Shown in pieces: positions 40,986-50,105 of a DNA stretch of 64,000 nt (positions are counted from its first letter, which is position 1; each line of letters begins with the position of its first letter). Location: assembly GCA_963662435.1 (NCBI GenBank), contig OY759598.1:2078507-2142506 (forward strand), in the 5' to 3' direction. The notes below the pieces were generated by a model. That model had not been told where the DNA came from. It was given only the letters and a program-made list of their open reading frames with translations, and did not search any database. The translations under genes and the position numbers were made by a program. This DNA comes from Dehalococcoidia bacterium. Its GTDB lineage: Bacteria; Chloroflexota; Dehalococcoidia; Lucifugimonadales; VXLM01.

Positions 40986-41969
40986 ATGACCAATGTCTAT
41001 GAAGACTCGATCGTGATCGATGGGCTGAACACCAGCAACTGGGATTCACAACGTGCTTTCGAGGGGATCTACGCTGGCCGGGTAACCGCGTTTAACGCCA
41101 CCATTGCCATATTCGAGAAATTCCACGAGGCGATGGACAACATCGTCGGATGGTATGAGCGACTTGACAGGATGTCGGATCTCATGACGCCCATCACCTC
41201 GGTCGAGGACATCCACGAGGCGAAACGGAGCGGCAAGAGCGGGATCATATTCGGGTGGCAGAACGCGTCGCCAATCGAGAATAATCTTGATCACTTGGAG
41301 ACGTTCCACAGGCTCGGCGTGCGGGTCATACAGATCACGTACAACGAACGTAATCTCCTCGGCAACGGGTGCTACGAGCGGGTCGACGACGGTCTCAGCA
41401 ATTTCGGCGTCGATGCCGTAAAGGAGATGAACCGGCTTGGAATCCTGGTCGATCTCTCTCACGTTGGTGACCGGACGACCCTGGAGGCAGCGGAGGTGTC
41501 CGACAAGCCCGTCGCGGCTACTCATGCCAACGCCCGCTCGTTCGTCGACCACCCGCGCAACAAGACCGACGACGCCCTCAAGCTCATCGCCGAAAAGGGA
41601 GGCATCATCGGTAGCACTTGCTGGCCGCCGTTCCTCCCGAACAAGTTTGAATCGAGCCTGCAGGACTACGGCGACGCCATCGACGATATGGTCGAGCGAG
41701 TCGGAATCGATCACGTAGGGATAGGCACCGACTACACTATCGACCAGACGAAGGAGTGGTTCGACGTGCTCCTTTCTCAGCAAGGCACGAAGTGGAACCC
41801 TCGCAGACTCAACTACCCCGACACGGTGACGCACCCCGTCGGTATCGAGACTCCCGACAAGTTCCCCTCTATCGCGGACGAACTGTACAGAAGAGGCTAC
41901 GGATCGGAGGACATCACGAAAGTGCTGGGTGGGAATTTCATGAGAGTCTTCGGGGAAGTCTGGAACTGA
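40986..41969 (+). CDS. Membrane dipeptidase (peptidase M19) family protein
   Basis: QITYNERN, LVDLSHVG, THAN, RNKTD, HVGIGTD, LGGNFMRV. Confidence 0.92.
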   Translation: MTNVYEDSIVIDGLNTSNWDSQRAFEGIYAGRVTAFNATIAIFEKFHEAMDNIVGWYERLDRMSDLMTPITSVEDIHEAKRSGKSGIIFGWQNASPIENNLDHLETFHRLGVRVIQITYNERNLLGNGCYERVDDGLSNFGVDAVKEMNRLGILVDLSHVGDRTTLEAAEVSDKPVAATHANARSFVDHPRNKTDDALKLIAEKGGIIGSTCWPPFLPNKFESSLQDYGDAIDDMVERVGIDHVGIGTDYTIDQTKEWFDVLLSQQGTKWNPRRLNYPDTVTHPVGIETPDKFPSIADELYRRGYGSEDITKVLGGNFMRVFGEVWN

Positions 41970-42283
41970 GAACCAGCCGCATATGGGATGCGAAATTCTC
42001 CATTGTTGCTACGAAAATAGCCATCGTAGCACTCACACACACACCGTCATTCCGGTGGAGGGGGGAATCCAGTCTTCGGACCCTGCCAGGCGAAAATCCA
42101 ATTTTCACTCCAGGTGGTGAGGGTGGCAACCCTCAGGAGCTATTCCTAACTCTTGCCTCCAAAAACTCTGCCAAATATCCGTTAATCGACCAATAACCGT
42201 GCGTTAATGTGAGAGACCGTTGCGGGGGATAGCATTGGAAGTGCGAAGGTCAGATCAATCCAATTCCAGGGAGCATTGACCGA

Positions 42284-43039
42284 ATGGACCACGACCCACG
42301 AAGACGCATCGAGATCGTAGGCGCATACAACGTCCGTGACATTGGCGGATACGAGACCGGGGATGGCCGGACGACGCGTTGGCGCACGTTCCTTCGCGCC
42401 GACAACGTGAGCACTCTGCCGCAGCACTCGCAAAACACCCTCACATCGAGCGTCGGAGTCCGAACGGTGATCGACCTCCGCAGGCAGGAGGAGATCGACC
42501 GACAGGCGGATAATGTGCTCAGCAGGTCGCCACACGTTCGGTATAGGAATATTGACATCGTGGGAGACTTGGTGTTCGACCAAGTCAACAGTAAAGAGCC
42601 GCGCGCCAGGATTCACGGGAGCTACCGGAACATGCTCGACCGGCGGGGTCGGAAATTCGGCGAGGCGCTCCATGTGATGGCGCAGCCGGGGGCCTTGCCT
42701 GCGATGTACCACTGCATGGCCGGCCAGGACCGCACCGGCCTCATCTCCGCGCTGCTGCTGGGTCTGGTCGGAGTGCCGGAAGAGACCATTGCCGCCGACT
42801 ACACGCTGACGGCGGAGTACCGCAACTACGCCTACCTCAACTCCAACCCAGAACCCCTGGGGATGGGGCCAACCGACTTCACCCTAGAGGGGTACCGCGC
42901 ACAAAGCTGCCCGCCGGAAGTCATGCTCGATACGCTGGACTACCTTGGCGAGCGATATGGGGGAGTCGAGCCCTACGTGCGTTCGATTGGCGTGACCGAT
43001 AGTGATATCGCGGCCCTGCGTGTGGCTCTAATCGAATAG
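42284..43039 (+). CDS. Protein-tyrosine phosphatase (Y_phosphatase3/MptpB-like)
   Basis: NVRDIGGY, VIDLR, HCMAGQDRTG P-loop, ADYTLT. Confidence 0.92.
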   Translation: MDHDPRRRIEIVGAYNVRDIGGYETGDGRTTRWRTFLRADNVSTLPQHSQNTLTSSVGVRTVIDLRRQEEIDRQADNVLSRSPHVRYRNIDIVGDLVFDQVNSKEPRARIHGSYRNMLDRRGRKFGEALHVMAQPGALPAMYHCMAGQDRTGLISALLLGLVGVPEETIAADYTLTAEYRNYAYLNSNPEPLGMGPTDFTLEGYRAQSCPPEVMLDTLDYLGERYGGVEPYVRSIGVTDSDIAALRVALIE

Positions 43040-43126
43040 TCGCGCGGGTCCGGTGTCTTCCCCGGCCGGTCAAATGCGGGCAGGGTCCAGTTTGAAGAAT
43101 CCGGCGCACTATGACACCATATCGGC

Positions 43127-44026
43127 ATGAAAATCGGTGAGTTCGAGGTAGTAGAACCGTTACCTGAGCTGGAGGACGCCATAGCTGTGGCGATGCTCAA
43201 GCCGTGGGTCGACGTGGGCAGCGCCGGAACCCTGACGCTCAAGATTCTCGAACGCCAGATGACCGCCAAGGAACTCGGCCGATTGGCCCGCCCCGGCAAG
43301 TTTCTCGACTTCACACGCGAACGGCCAGTCATGAAGTGGGTCGACGGCATCCGGTCGCTGGACATTCCCAACAGCGTCGTCACCTATGCCCGCGACCCTG
43401 CAACGGGGCGTGACTTTCTCTTCCTCCATCTCAGAGAACCGCACATGTACGGAGAGGACTACTGTGACGCCGTTGTGGAGCTGGTGAAGCGTTTCAACGT
43501 CGTCGAATACTGCAGGATCGGGGGCATGTACGACCAGGTGCCTCATACTCGTCCGCTGAAGATCACCGGCAGCCTGCCTGACAAACACCTCGATCGCCTC
43601 ACCGGGTTGACCTCTCCGAGGACCAACACCTACCAGGGGCCGACGAGCATCGTGAACCTCATCGGAGAGGGTCTCGAAGATGCGGGCATCGAATCGTCGA
43701 GTCTGATGGTGCACTTGCCGCACTACGTCCAACTCGATGAAGACTACATGGCCACGGCACGACTCCTCGAGGCCCTCTGCGCGATGTACGGCCTTCCAAC
43801 CTTCCTCGCCAACAAGACGCGCGGCGAACGGCAGTACGAGCAGATCGAGCGCGCCCTCGCGGGCAACAACGAGGTCCGCACTCAGATCACGCGGATGGAA
43901 CAGTCCTACGACGAGGAAATCCCGCCGGAGGCCGACGACAAGCAGGATGCCGTCGCCCTTCCCGAGAACATGGAAGAGTTCCTCCGCGAGGTCGTGGGCG
44001 ACGAGGAATCCGAGGGCAAGGAATAG
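43127..44026 (+). CDS. PAC2 (proteasome assembly chaperone) family protein
   Basis: WVDVGSAG, DFTRERP, EP, VPHTRP, YQGPTSI, HLPHY. Confidence 0.85.
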   Translation: MKIGEFEVVEPLPELEDAIAVAMLKPWVDVGSAGTLTLKILERQMTAKELGRLARPGKFLDFTRERPVMKWVDGIRSLDIPNSVVTYARDPATGRDFLFLHLREPHMYGEDYCDAVVELVKRFNVVEYCRIGGMYDQVPHTRPLKITGSLPDKHLDRLTGLTSPRTNTYQGPTSIVNLIGEGLEDAGIESSSLMVHLPHYVQLDEDYMATARLLEALCAMYGLPTFLANKTRGERQYEQIERALAGNNEVRTQITRMEQSYDEEIPPEADDKQDAVALPENMEEFLREVVGDEESEGKE

Positions 44027-44123
44027 CAGTCCCGCGTTTCACATCCTCGCGAGAATTACAGGATCGTGTGATGTGGCCAATGGATGTCTGTAATATCGTA
44101 AGTGCGAATGTCCGTTTAGGTGC

Positions 44124-44152
44124 TTGACACTCTCGAAGAAAGATACTATCGT
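44124..44152 (+). promoter_or_regulatory. Putative sigma70 promoter
   Basis: TTGACA-N17-TATCGT upstream of 44201; TATCGTAAGT also repeated at 44094. Confidence 0.55.
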
Positions 44153-44200
44153 AAGTAACTGCCCCACAGTCACGTACGGACATGAATAGGAGGTCATCCA

Positions 44201-44383
44201 ATGGATAGGATTGGAATGCTGGGCATAGGAGTTATCCTCGTCATACTCGGCATAGTACTGCGGTGGAACCTAATCGACTTTCTCGTCGATCTTACTGGTC
44301 TCATCCTGCTTGTCGTCGGAATCATTCTCATCGTACTCGGTGTGATTAAGATGTTCTCCGGGAATTCCAGCAGCGACTACTAG
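44201..44383 (+). CDS. Small two-TM membrane protein
   Basis: RBS AGGAGGT; 60 aa with two hydrophobic helices. Confidence 0.8.
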   Translation: MDRIGMLGIGVILVILGIVLRWNLIDFLVDLTGLILLVVGIILIVLGVIKMFSGNSSSDY

Positions 44384-44391
44384 GCGCTCTC

Positions 44392-44537
44392 TAGGTTGTG
44401 TTGACATTCAGTCATTCTGAACGCAGCGGAGCGGAGTGAAGAATCTAATATCGCCGCGTGGGCACAGATTTCAGATTCCTCTCTTCGCTCAGAATGACAA
44501 AGAACGGCGGAATATACGGAAATGTAGACACTGCCTA
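44392..44537. mobile_element. MITE-like element enclosing a REP-like hairpin
   Basis: Ends TAGGTTGTGTTGACATT / AATGTAGACACTGCCTA (13/17 inverted match) around GTCATTCTGA...TCAGAATGAC. Confidence 0.5.
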
Positions 44538-44713
44538 ATCTCTTTTGGAGCCCGGGGGGATTGACGCCCTACAGGCTGCGATGCGAACGGTCCTGAATGA
44601 GGGAACAGTCAGTGCCGTTGCCTGCAACGCATGTAGGGTGTTTTCATTCAAGGTATAATGGATACCAGACCCGAAGCCCCGGCTTCAGAATTGAGAGAGC
44701 GGGAGGAAGAACC

Positions 44714-45451
44714 ATGGGGATGCTATCGAGGATGTCGACCGTCGTGAAGGCGAAAATGAACCGCCTGATCGACAACGCCGAGGACCCGAAGGAGACGCTC
44801 GACTACGCATATGAAAAGCAGCTCGAAATGCTGCGTGACGTCAAGCGTGGCGTCGTGGAGATGGTCACGGCGAAGCGCCGTCTAGAGCTTCAGGCCAAGA
44901 AGGTGCGAGAGAATGTGGGCAAGCTCGACGACCAGGCGCGCAAGGCGCTCGGCATGGGGCGCGAGGACCTGGCACGCGTCGCACTCGAGCGCAAACAGAC
45001 CGCACTGGCGGAGCTCGATGGCCTGGATCAGCAGATCGTAGACATGGAGCACGAGCAGGAGAAGCTGACTGCCGCTGAGCAGCGCATTCAGGCCAAGGTG
45101 CAGGCCTTCCGCAATAGGAAAGAGGTCATCAAGGCTCAATACAGCGCGGCACAGGCACAGGTACGGATAGGGTCGGCACTCTCCGGACTCTCCGAGGAGA
45201 TGGGCGATGTCTCCCTCGCCGTTGAGCGGGCGGAGACCAAGACCGAGTCAATGAAGGCCAGGGCCGGCGCGATCGATGAACTCGCCGCGGCGGGTGTCTT
45301 GGACGACCCCGTCGGCGGTGGCCAAGATGACATCGACCGCGAACTGAGCAAGATCTCGGCGTCGGCCAGCGTAGAGTCCGAGCTGGCAGCGCTCAAGGCG
45401 TCCGCGGACTCCGGCGACCAACCGAAACAGCTTTCCGGGGGACAGTCATGA
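44714..45451 (+). CDS. pspA: PspA/IM30 (bacterial ESCRT-III) family protein
   Basis: MGMLSRMSTVVKAK..AEDP, coiled coil, GREDLARVALERK, ARAGAIDEL. Confidence 0.93.
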   Translation: MGMLSRMSTVVKAKMNRLIDNAEDPKETLDYAYEKQLEMLRDVKRGVVEMVTAKRRLELQAKKVRENVGKLDDQARKALGMGREDLARVALERKQTALAELDGLDQQIVDMEHEQEKLTAAEQRIQAKVQAFRNRKEVIKAQYSAAQAQVRIGSALSGLSEEMGDVSLAVERAETKTESMKARAGAIDELAAAGVLDDPVGGGQDDIDRELSKISASASVESELAALKASADSGDQPKQLSGGQS

Positions 45452-45726
45452 TTATCCGAATACTCACGGAGGGACAGTGGCGATTTCCTGCCGCGATGCT
45501 CGACGACCTCAATGACATCGACAACTCGATCGTCGATGTTCTCGCCGACGATAACGAAGAGGACTTTCGCAGTCTATTGACCAAGATGATCTCAATGGTC
45601 AAGGAAAACGGAACTCCCCTTGAACTCGACGAGTTGGAAGAGTCCGACGCCATCATCCCCGAGCCCGACATCACGTTGGAAGAGGCGAAGGAACTGTTCA
45701 TCGGCACCGGGGTGGTGCCGGGTTAG
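45448..45726 (+). CDS. PspA-associated protein PspAA
   Basis: MIIRILTEGQW..LNDID..SDAIIP..DITLEE..G.VPG; ATGA overlap with pspA. Confidence 0.85.
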   Translation: MIIRILTEGQWRFPAAMLDDLNDIDNSIVDVLADDNEEDFRSLLTKMISMVKENGTPLELDELEESDAIIPEPDITLEEAKELFIGTGVVPG

Positions 45727-45829
45727 GTGGAAAAGACCAGCCGTTCCCGATAAAATAGCGCTAGTTCACAATAACTTCACAACACTTTACTGACAAGATG
45801 CCGAGTCGAGTTAGTACAAGGAGGTTCAA

Positions 45830-46408
45830 GTGGTGGCGCAACCTGAAAGGGACCTCTCGCGGCGCGCATTTCTCAAGAGCGCCGGAGTCGCGGGCGGCTT
45901 GGCGGCGGGCATACTGGCCTTCCCACAAGCGACCCAGATCGTCGAGGCCGTGGCACCCGGTGTTCAACGGGTGACGCGGTCGTACCCCAAAGTAGAGATC
46001 GCGCGTATAGACTCCCTCAAGACGAGGGAACCGCTCGACTTCCTCTACCCTCTTACTCAGCATAGGAATTTCCTGGTCAAGCTCGGCGAACAGGCTTCCG
46101 ACGGACTCGGACCCGACGGCGACATCGTTGCCTTCAGCTACATCTGTTCACATATGGGCTGTCCTCTTATTGACCAGTACAAGCCCGCGCACAACGTGAT
46201 CGGGCCTTGTCCTTGTCACTACAGCACCTTCGACCTGTCCAAGAATGGCATCCTCGTCATCGGACAGGCGACCCAAAGCTTGCCACAGATCGTCTTGGAG
46301 ACCGATGGGCGCCACATTTACGCCGTTGGAGTAACTGGGCTGGTCTATGGGCACTCCAACAACCTGACGGGCGGCGTTCCCGTCAAGCCGCTCGGAGGGA
46401 GCGAATGA
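45830..46408 (+). CDS. AioB/IdrB-like Rieske [2Fe-2S] small subunit with Tat signal
   Basis: SRRAFLK, GPDGDIVAFS, CSHMGC, CPCHYSTFD, GQATQSLPQI. Confidence 0.92.
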   Translation: MVAQPERDLSRRAFLKSAGVAGGLAAGILAFPQATQIVEAVAPGVQRVTRSYPKVEIARIDSLKTREPLDFLYPLTQHRNFLVKLGEQASDGLGPDGDIVAFSYICSHMGCPLIDQYKPAHNVIGPCPCHYSTFDLSKNGILVIGQATQSLPQIVLETDGRHIYAVGVTGLVYGHSNNLTGGVPVKPLGGSE

Positions 46409-49086
46409 CGCGGGAAACTCAGGTCGGCGATATGATGAACGACACGGAGGGGCTCTGGGCGAGGGCCCAGGCGGCAGGCATCACCCGAAGGAGCTTCCTG
46501 GCGCTGATGGCAGCGGGCGGGGCCGCGGCCGTCCTCGCAGCGTGCGGTCGCGCCAAGGAGGCGGCGGGCGAGTACAGCGACATACTCGTATCGCAAATTG
46601 TGCTTCCTCCTCCCGGCGCAAGAGTCGTACCCACGGCTTGCGACTACTGCGTCGTCGGCTGCGGCTACAAGATCTACTCATGGCCGGTGGGCCGCGAGGG
46701 AGGCCCAGCCGCCGCCGAAAACGCGATCGGCGTCGACTACCCCGTCCCCGCGCTGGGCGGCGATTGGATCTCCCCCAACATGCAGAACATCGTCGAGATC
46801 GACGGTGCGCCTCACCACGTTCTCGTGATCCCGGACGGTGATACCGAGGTTGTCAACAGGGGAGGCGACCACAGCGTCAGGGGTGGAACGCTCGCTCAAA
46901 AACTCTACAGCCCCGACAAGCCGACCAGAGACCGGCTCCAGCGCCCTCAGTTGCGGGTCGACGGCGAGTTCGTCGACATCTCATGGGACGAGGCGATTGA
47001 GTTGGCTGGGGACGTATCGAGGTACGTGCTCGACAAATACGGCGAGATGGCCTGGGGGATGAAGCAGTTCTCCTACCACTATTACGAGAACACCTACGCG
47101 CTGACCAAGCTGGCGCGCAAGTCCGTCGCCACTCCGGTATGGGCGCCCCACGACAAGCCCGCCGCGGGAGCTGACACTCCCGGCCTCAGCGACGCGGGGA
47201 TCAATGCCTTCAGCGCCGCCTACGAGGACTGGCGAGACGCCGACGTGATCTTCATCTCCGGCACGACGCTATACGAGACCAAGTCGATCCTGTTCAACGA
47301 ATGGGTCGACCCCGGCCAGGCAACGCTCATCGTCGTCAACCCCAGACGCGACTACACTGCCGCCTTCGCCGAATCCCGCGGCGGTCTGCATCTTCAGGTG
47401 AACCCCGGCACTGACACTGTCCTGAATAACGCCATCGCCAGGGAGATCATCAGAAGGCGTTGGGAGGATGCCGACTTCATCGCCGATCGGACAGTAACCG
47501 ATGCAGACCTTGCCGAAGAGAGCGGGTGGCGTCGCGAAATGTTCGGCATGACCTTCCAAGACTACAAGGACTTCCTGCTCGGTGACGACACCTACTCCGT
47601 CGCGAACGCGGAACGGATAACGGGAGTTCCCGCGCAGAAGATCCGACGCGCAGCCGAGATCATGGCCAGGCCGAGGGCAGGCGGCACCCGCCCCAAGACC
47701 TCGATCATGCTCGAAAAGGGAAATTACTGGGCGCACAACTATCCCAACACGGCCTCGGTCGCCGCCCTCGGCCTCGTCGTGGGAGCGGGCGGACGCCCGG
47801 GCCAGATGCAGTCCCGCGCAGGTGGTCACCAGCGCGGCATGATATCCGCCGCCGGATATCCGAAGGACAAGTCGCCCGACTCGTACAATGGAAATGCCAT
47901 CGAACTGAACGTCGACCGCTGGGTCGCGGAGGGCAACGTCCGGTTCATGTACGTCATCGGCACCACTTGGGTTACCGCGATGGGCGCATCCCAAGACCTC
48001 GCCGCCCAGGTCCGGCGACTCAGCCGAGAGACCGGCCCCTCCGTAACCAGCGCCGACGCCTTCGACGCTAATGGCAAACTCAACGTGGCCAGGGTCAAGG
48101 ACATTCTCAAGGCAAAGGCTGACGCCGGTGGCATGATCGTCATCCTCCAGGAGATATACCCCAACATCATGTCCGAATTTGCGGACTTCATGCTTCCCGC
48201 CGCCACGTGGGGAGAAGAGGACTTCGCCCGGATGCAGGGCGAACGTCGTCTACGAATCTACTCGAAGGTCATGGACCCTCCCGGCGAGGCCAAGCCGGAC
48301 TGGTGGATCGTCGCCCAGATCGCAAAGCGCATGGGGTTCTCCGGCTACGACTGGAGTGCGTCCAACGAGGTCTTTGAGGAGGCCTCCGAGCGTTCCAAGG
48401 GCACGGTGCACGACTACGCCGAACTGGTAAAGATGGCGAAGTCACAAGGCAAGAAGGCCCACGAGTTCCTGCGTGAGCTTGGCACGACCGGCATCCAGTG
48501 TCCCATCAAGCTGGAGGACGGCAAGCTCGTCGGGACGAAGCATCTCCACCAGGAGGGATTCGGCACGGCCAGCGGCAAGGCCATCTTCCCACGCGGCGAC
48601 TGGAACGACGTCAAGGACTTCCAGGAACGGGAAGGTCCGAGAGGTGACGAACTCTGGGTCACCAACATGCGCGTAAACGAACATTGGCAGTCCCAGTTCG
48701 ACGACATCCGCATCCCCTACCGCTGGGAGCGGTTCCCCGTCAACTTCCTCGAGATCAACCCGGAGGATGCCAGGTCGCGCGGGATCGAAAGCGGAGACTG
48801 GTTACGTATCGAGAACGACGCGGTGGCGACTCAGAACGGAGGACGTCACGCCGCTGGCTTCGACGCCGTCGCCTACGTCACGAACATGGTCCCGAAGGGC
48901 GTCACGTGCAGCTACTTCATCCACAAGCAAGGACAGCTGGACATGGCCGCCAACAGCGTCACCTCCGGCCAGACCGACCCGATCAACAACCGCTACCGCT
49001 TCAAGCTCGGCAAGGGTCGTGTGACGAGAACCGGAGAGTCGGAGTACAAAGGTACCATGAGCTTCGCGCCCAGAAACCTAGCCTAG
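46405..49086 (+). CDS. AioA/IdrA-like molybdopterin oxidoreductase large subunit with Tat-lipoprotein signal
   Basis: GGAGG RBS and ATGA overlap; CDYCVVGC...HSVRG [3Fe-4S] motif, EKGNYW, GGHQRG, LPAATWGE, GERRLR. Confidence 0.92.
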   Translation: MTRETQVGDMMNDTEGLWARAQAAGITRRSFLALMAAGGAAAVLAACGRAKEAAGEYSDILVSQIVLPPPGARVVPTACDYCVVGCGYKIYSWPVGREGGPAAAENAIGVDYPVPALGGDWISPNMQNIVEIDGAPHHVLVIPDGDTEVVNRGGDHSVRGGTLAQKLYSPDKPTRDRLQRPQLRVDGEFVDISWDEAIELAGDVSRYVLDKYGEMAWGMKQFSYHYYENTYALTKLARKSVATPVWAPHDKPAAGADTPGLSDAGINAFSAAYEDWRDADVIFISGTTLYETKSILFNEWVDPGQATLIVVNPRRDYTAAFAESRGGLHLQVNPGTDTVLNNAIAREIIRRRWEDADFIADRTVTDADLAEESGWRREMFGMTFQDYKDFLLGDDTYSVANAERITGVPAQKIRRAAEIMARPRAGGTRPKTSIMLEKGNYWAHNYPNTASVAALGLVVGAGGRPGQMQSRAGGHQRGMISAAGYPKDKSPDSYNGNAIELNVDRWVAEGNVRFMYVIGTTWVTAMGASQDLAAQVRRLSRETGPSVTSADAFDANGKLNVARVKDILKAKADAGGMIVILQEIYPNIMSEFADFMLPAATWGEEDFARMQGERRLRIYSKVMDPPGEAKPDWWIVAQIAKRMGFSGYDWSASNEVFEEASERSKGTVHDYAELVKMAKSQGKKAHEFLRELGTTGIQCPIKLEDGKLVGTKHLHQEGFGTASGKAIFPRGDWNDVKDFQEREGPRGDELWVTNMRVNEHWQSQFDDIRIPYRWERFPVNFLEINPEDARSRGIESGDWLRIENDAVATQNGGRHAAGFDAVAYVTNMVPKGVTCSYFIHKQGQLDMAANSVTSGQTDPINNRYRFKLGKGRVTRTGESEYKGTMSFAPRNLA

Positions 49087-49096
49087 CGCCGATTCC

Positions 49097-49999
49097 TCAC
49101 CGCCGCTCATACTCCGATAGGAATGCCGTTAGCTCAGCGACCAACTCATCCGGTCGCTCCTCCGGAATGAAGTGACCGCAGTCGAGCGGCTTCCCGCGCA
49201 CGTCGTGGGCGCGTTCTCGCCAGACTGTGAGCATGTCGAGGCTCTTGCCGGTCTGCCAGCCGGGACGTTTTCTCATGTCCGAACCCCATAGCAAGAGAAC
49301 GGGACAATCCATCTTTTGCCCTCGGTCAACCTCATCGTGCTGGAGGTCGAGGGCGACGCCCCGGTAGTCGAGGCAGGTCGCCCGGACGGTGTCCGAGTTG
49401 TCGAAGCAGCGGAGGTACTCGGCATACGCCTCGTCGGTAATCGAGCCTTCCACCGCCGTCCAGCGCTCAAGGAGGAAGTCGAGGTAGAACTTCGCGTTGC
49501 TGCCGATGAGTGTCTCAGGAAGTGGCGGGGGCTGACGCATCAAGTGCCAGTGAAACCACGCGAAGGACAAGTCGGCGTCCATGTTCTCGAACGCCGCCTG
49601 AGAGGGCACGACGTCTAATGACGTGAAGCTCTTCACCCGCGTCGGGTGGTCGAGCGCCATCCGGTGGCCGACTCGAGCTCCACGGTCGTGTCCAACCACG
49701 TGGTACGACTCGAAGCCGAGTTGCTGCATGACCTCGACTTGATCATTGGCGGTGGTGCGCTTGCAGTAGACGCTCAGGTCGCCATCGGGGGCGGGAGGCT
49801 TGTCGCTGTCGCCGTATCCACGCATGTCGGGAACCACGACGGTATACCGCTCAGCGAGCGGCGGCGCGACCTTGTGCCACATCACGTGCGTCTGAGGATA
49901 GCCGTGCAGGAGCAGCAGCGGCGGACCGCTGCCCGCGTAACGCACATTGATGCCAACGCCGTCGGCGTCTAGCTTGGTGTGAGTGAAGCCTTCAAACAT
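49097..49999 (-). CDS. Haloacetate/fluoroacetate dehalogenase-like alpha/beta hydrolase
   Basis: HGYPQTHVMW, GHDRGARV, FHW, CLDYR, CGHFIPEE. Confidence 0.85.
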   Translation of the reverse strand: MFEGFTHTKLDADGVGINVRYAGSGPPLLLLHGYPQTHVMWHKVAPPLAERYTVVVPDMRGYGDSDKPPAPDGDLSVYCKRTTANDQVEVMQQLGFESYHVVGHDRGARVGHRMALDHPTRVKSFTSLDVVPSQAAFENMDADLSFAWFHWHLMRQPPPLPETLIGSNAKFYLDFLLERWTAVEGSITDEAYAEYLRCFDNSDTVRATCLDYRGVALDLQHDEVDRGQKMDCPVLLLWGSDMRKRPGWQTGKSLDMLTVWRERAHDVRGKPLDCGHFIPEERPDELVAELTAFLSEYERR

Positions 50000-50105
50000 G
50001 GACTAGTCTCCGTCGCGGGAAGCACAGATTAGGCTACCCACTCAGACAAAATCAAGAACCCTTGTATTGACTTAGCCTCTGACCGAACTCCCGGACGCCG
50101 GATCC

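Noticed and set aside
46207..46404. Longer N-terminus of the molybdoenzyme large subunit
   Set aside because: Overlaps the Rieske gene; RBS and ATGA coupling support a start at 46405
46405..49086. Calling the gene aioA or idrA outright
   Set aside because: Lacks the HNRPAYNSE motif of AioA and the idrP genes and A-B order of Idr; needs phylogeny
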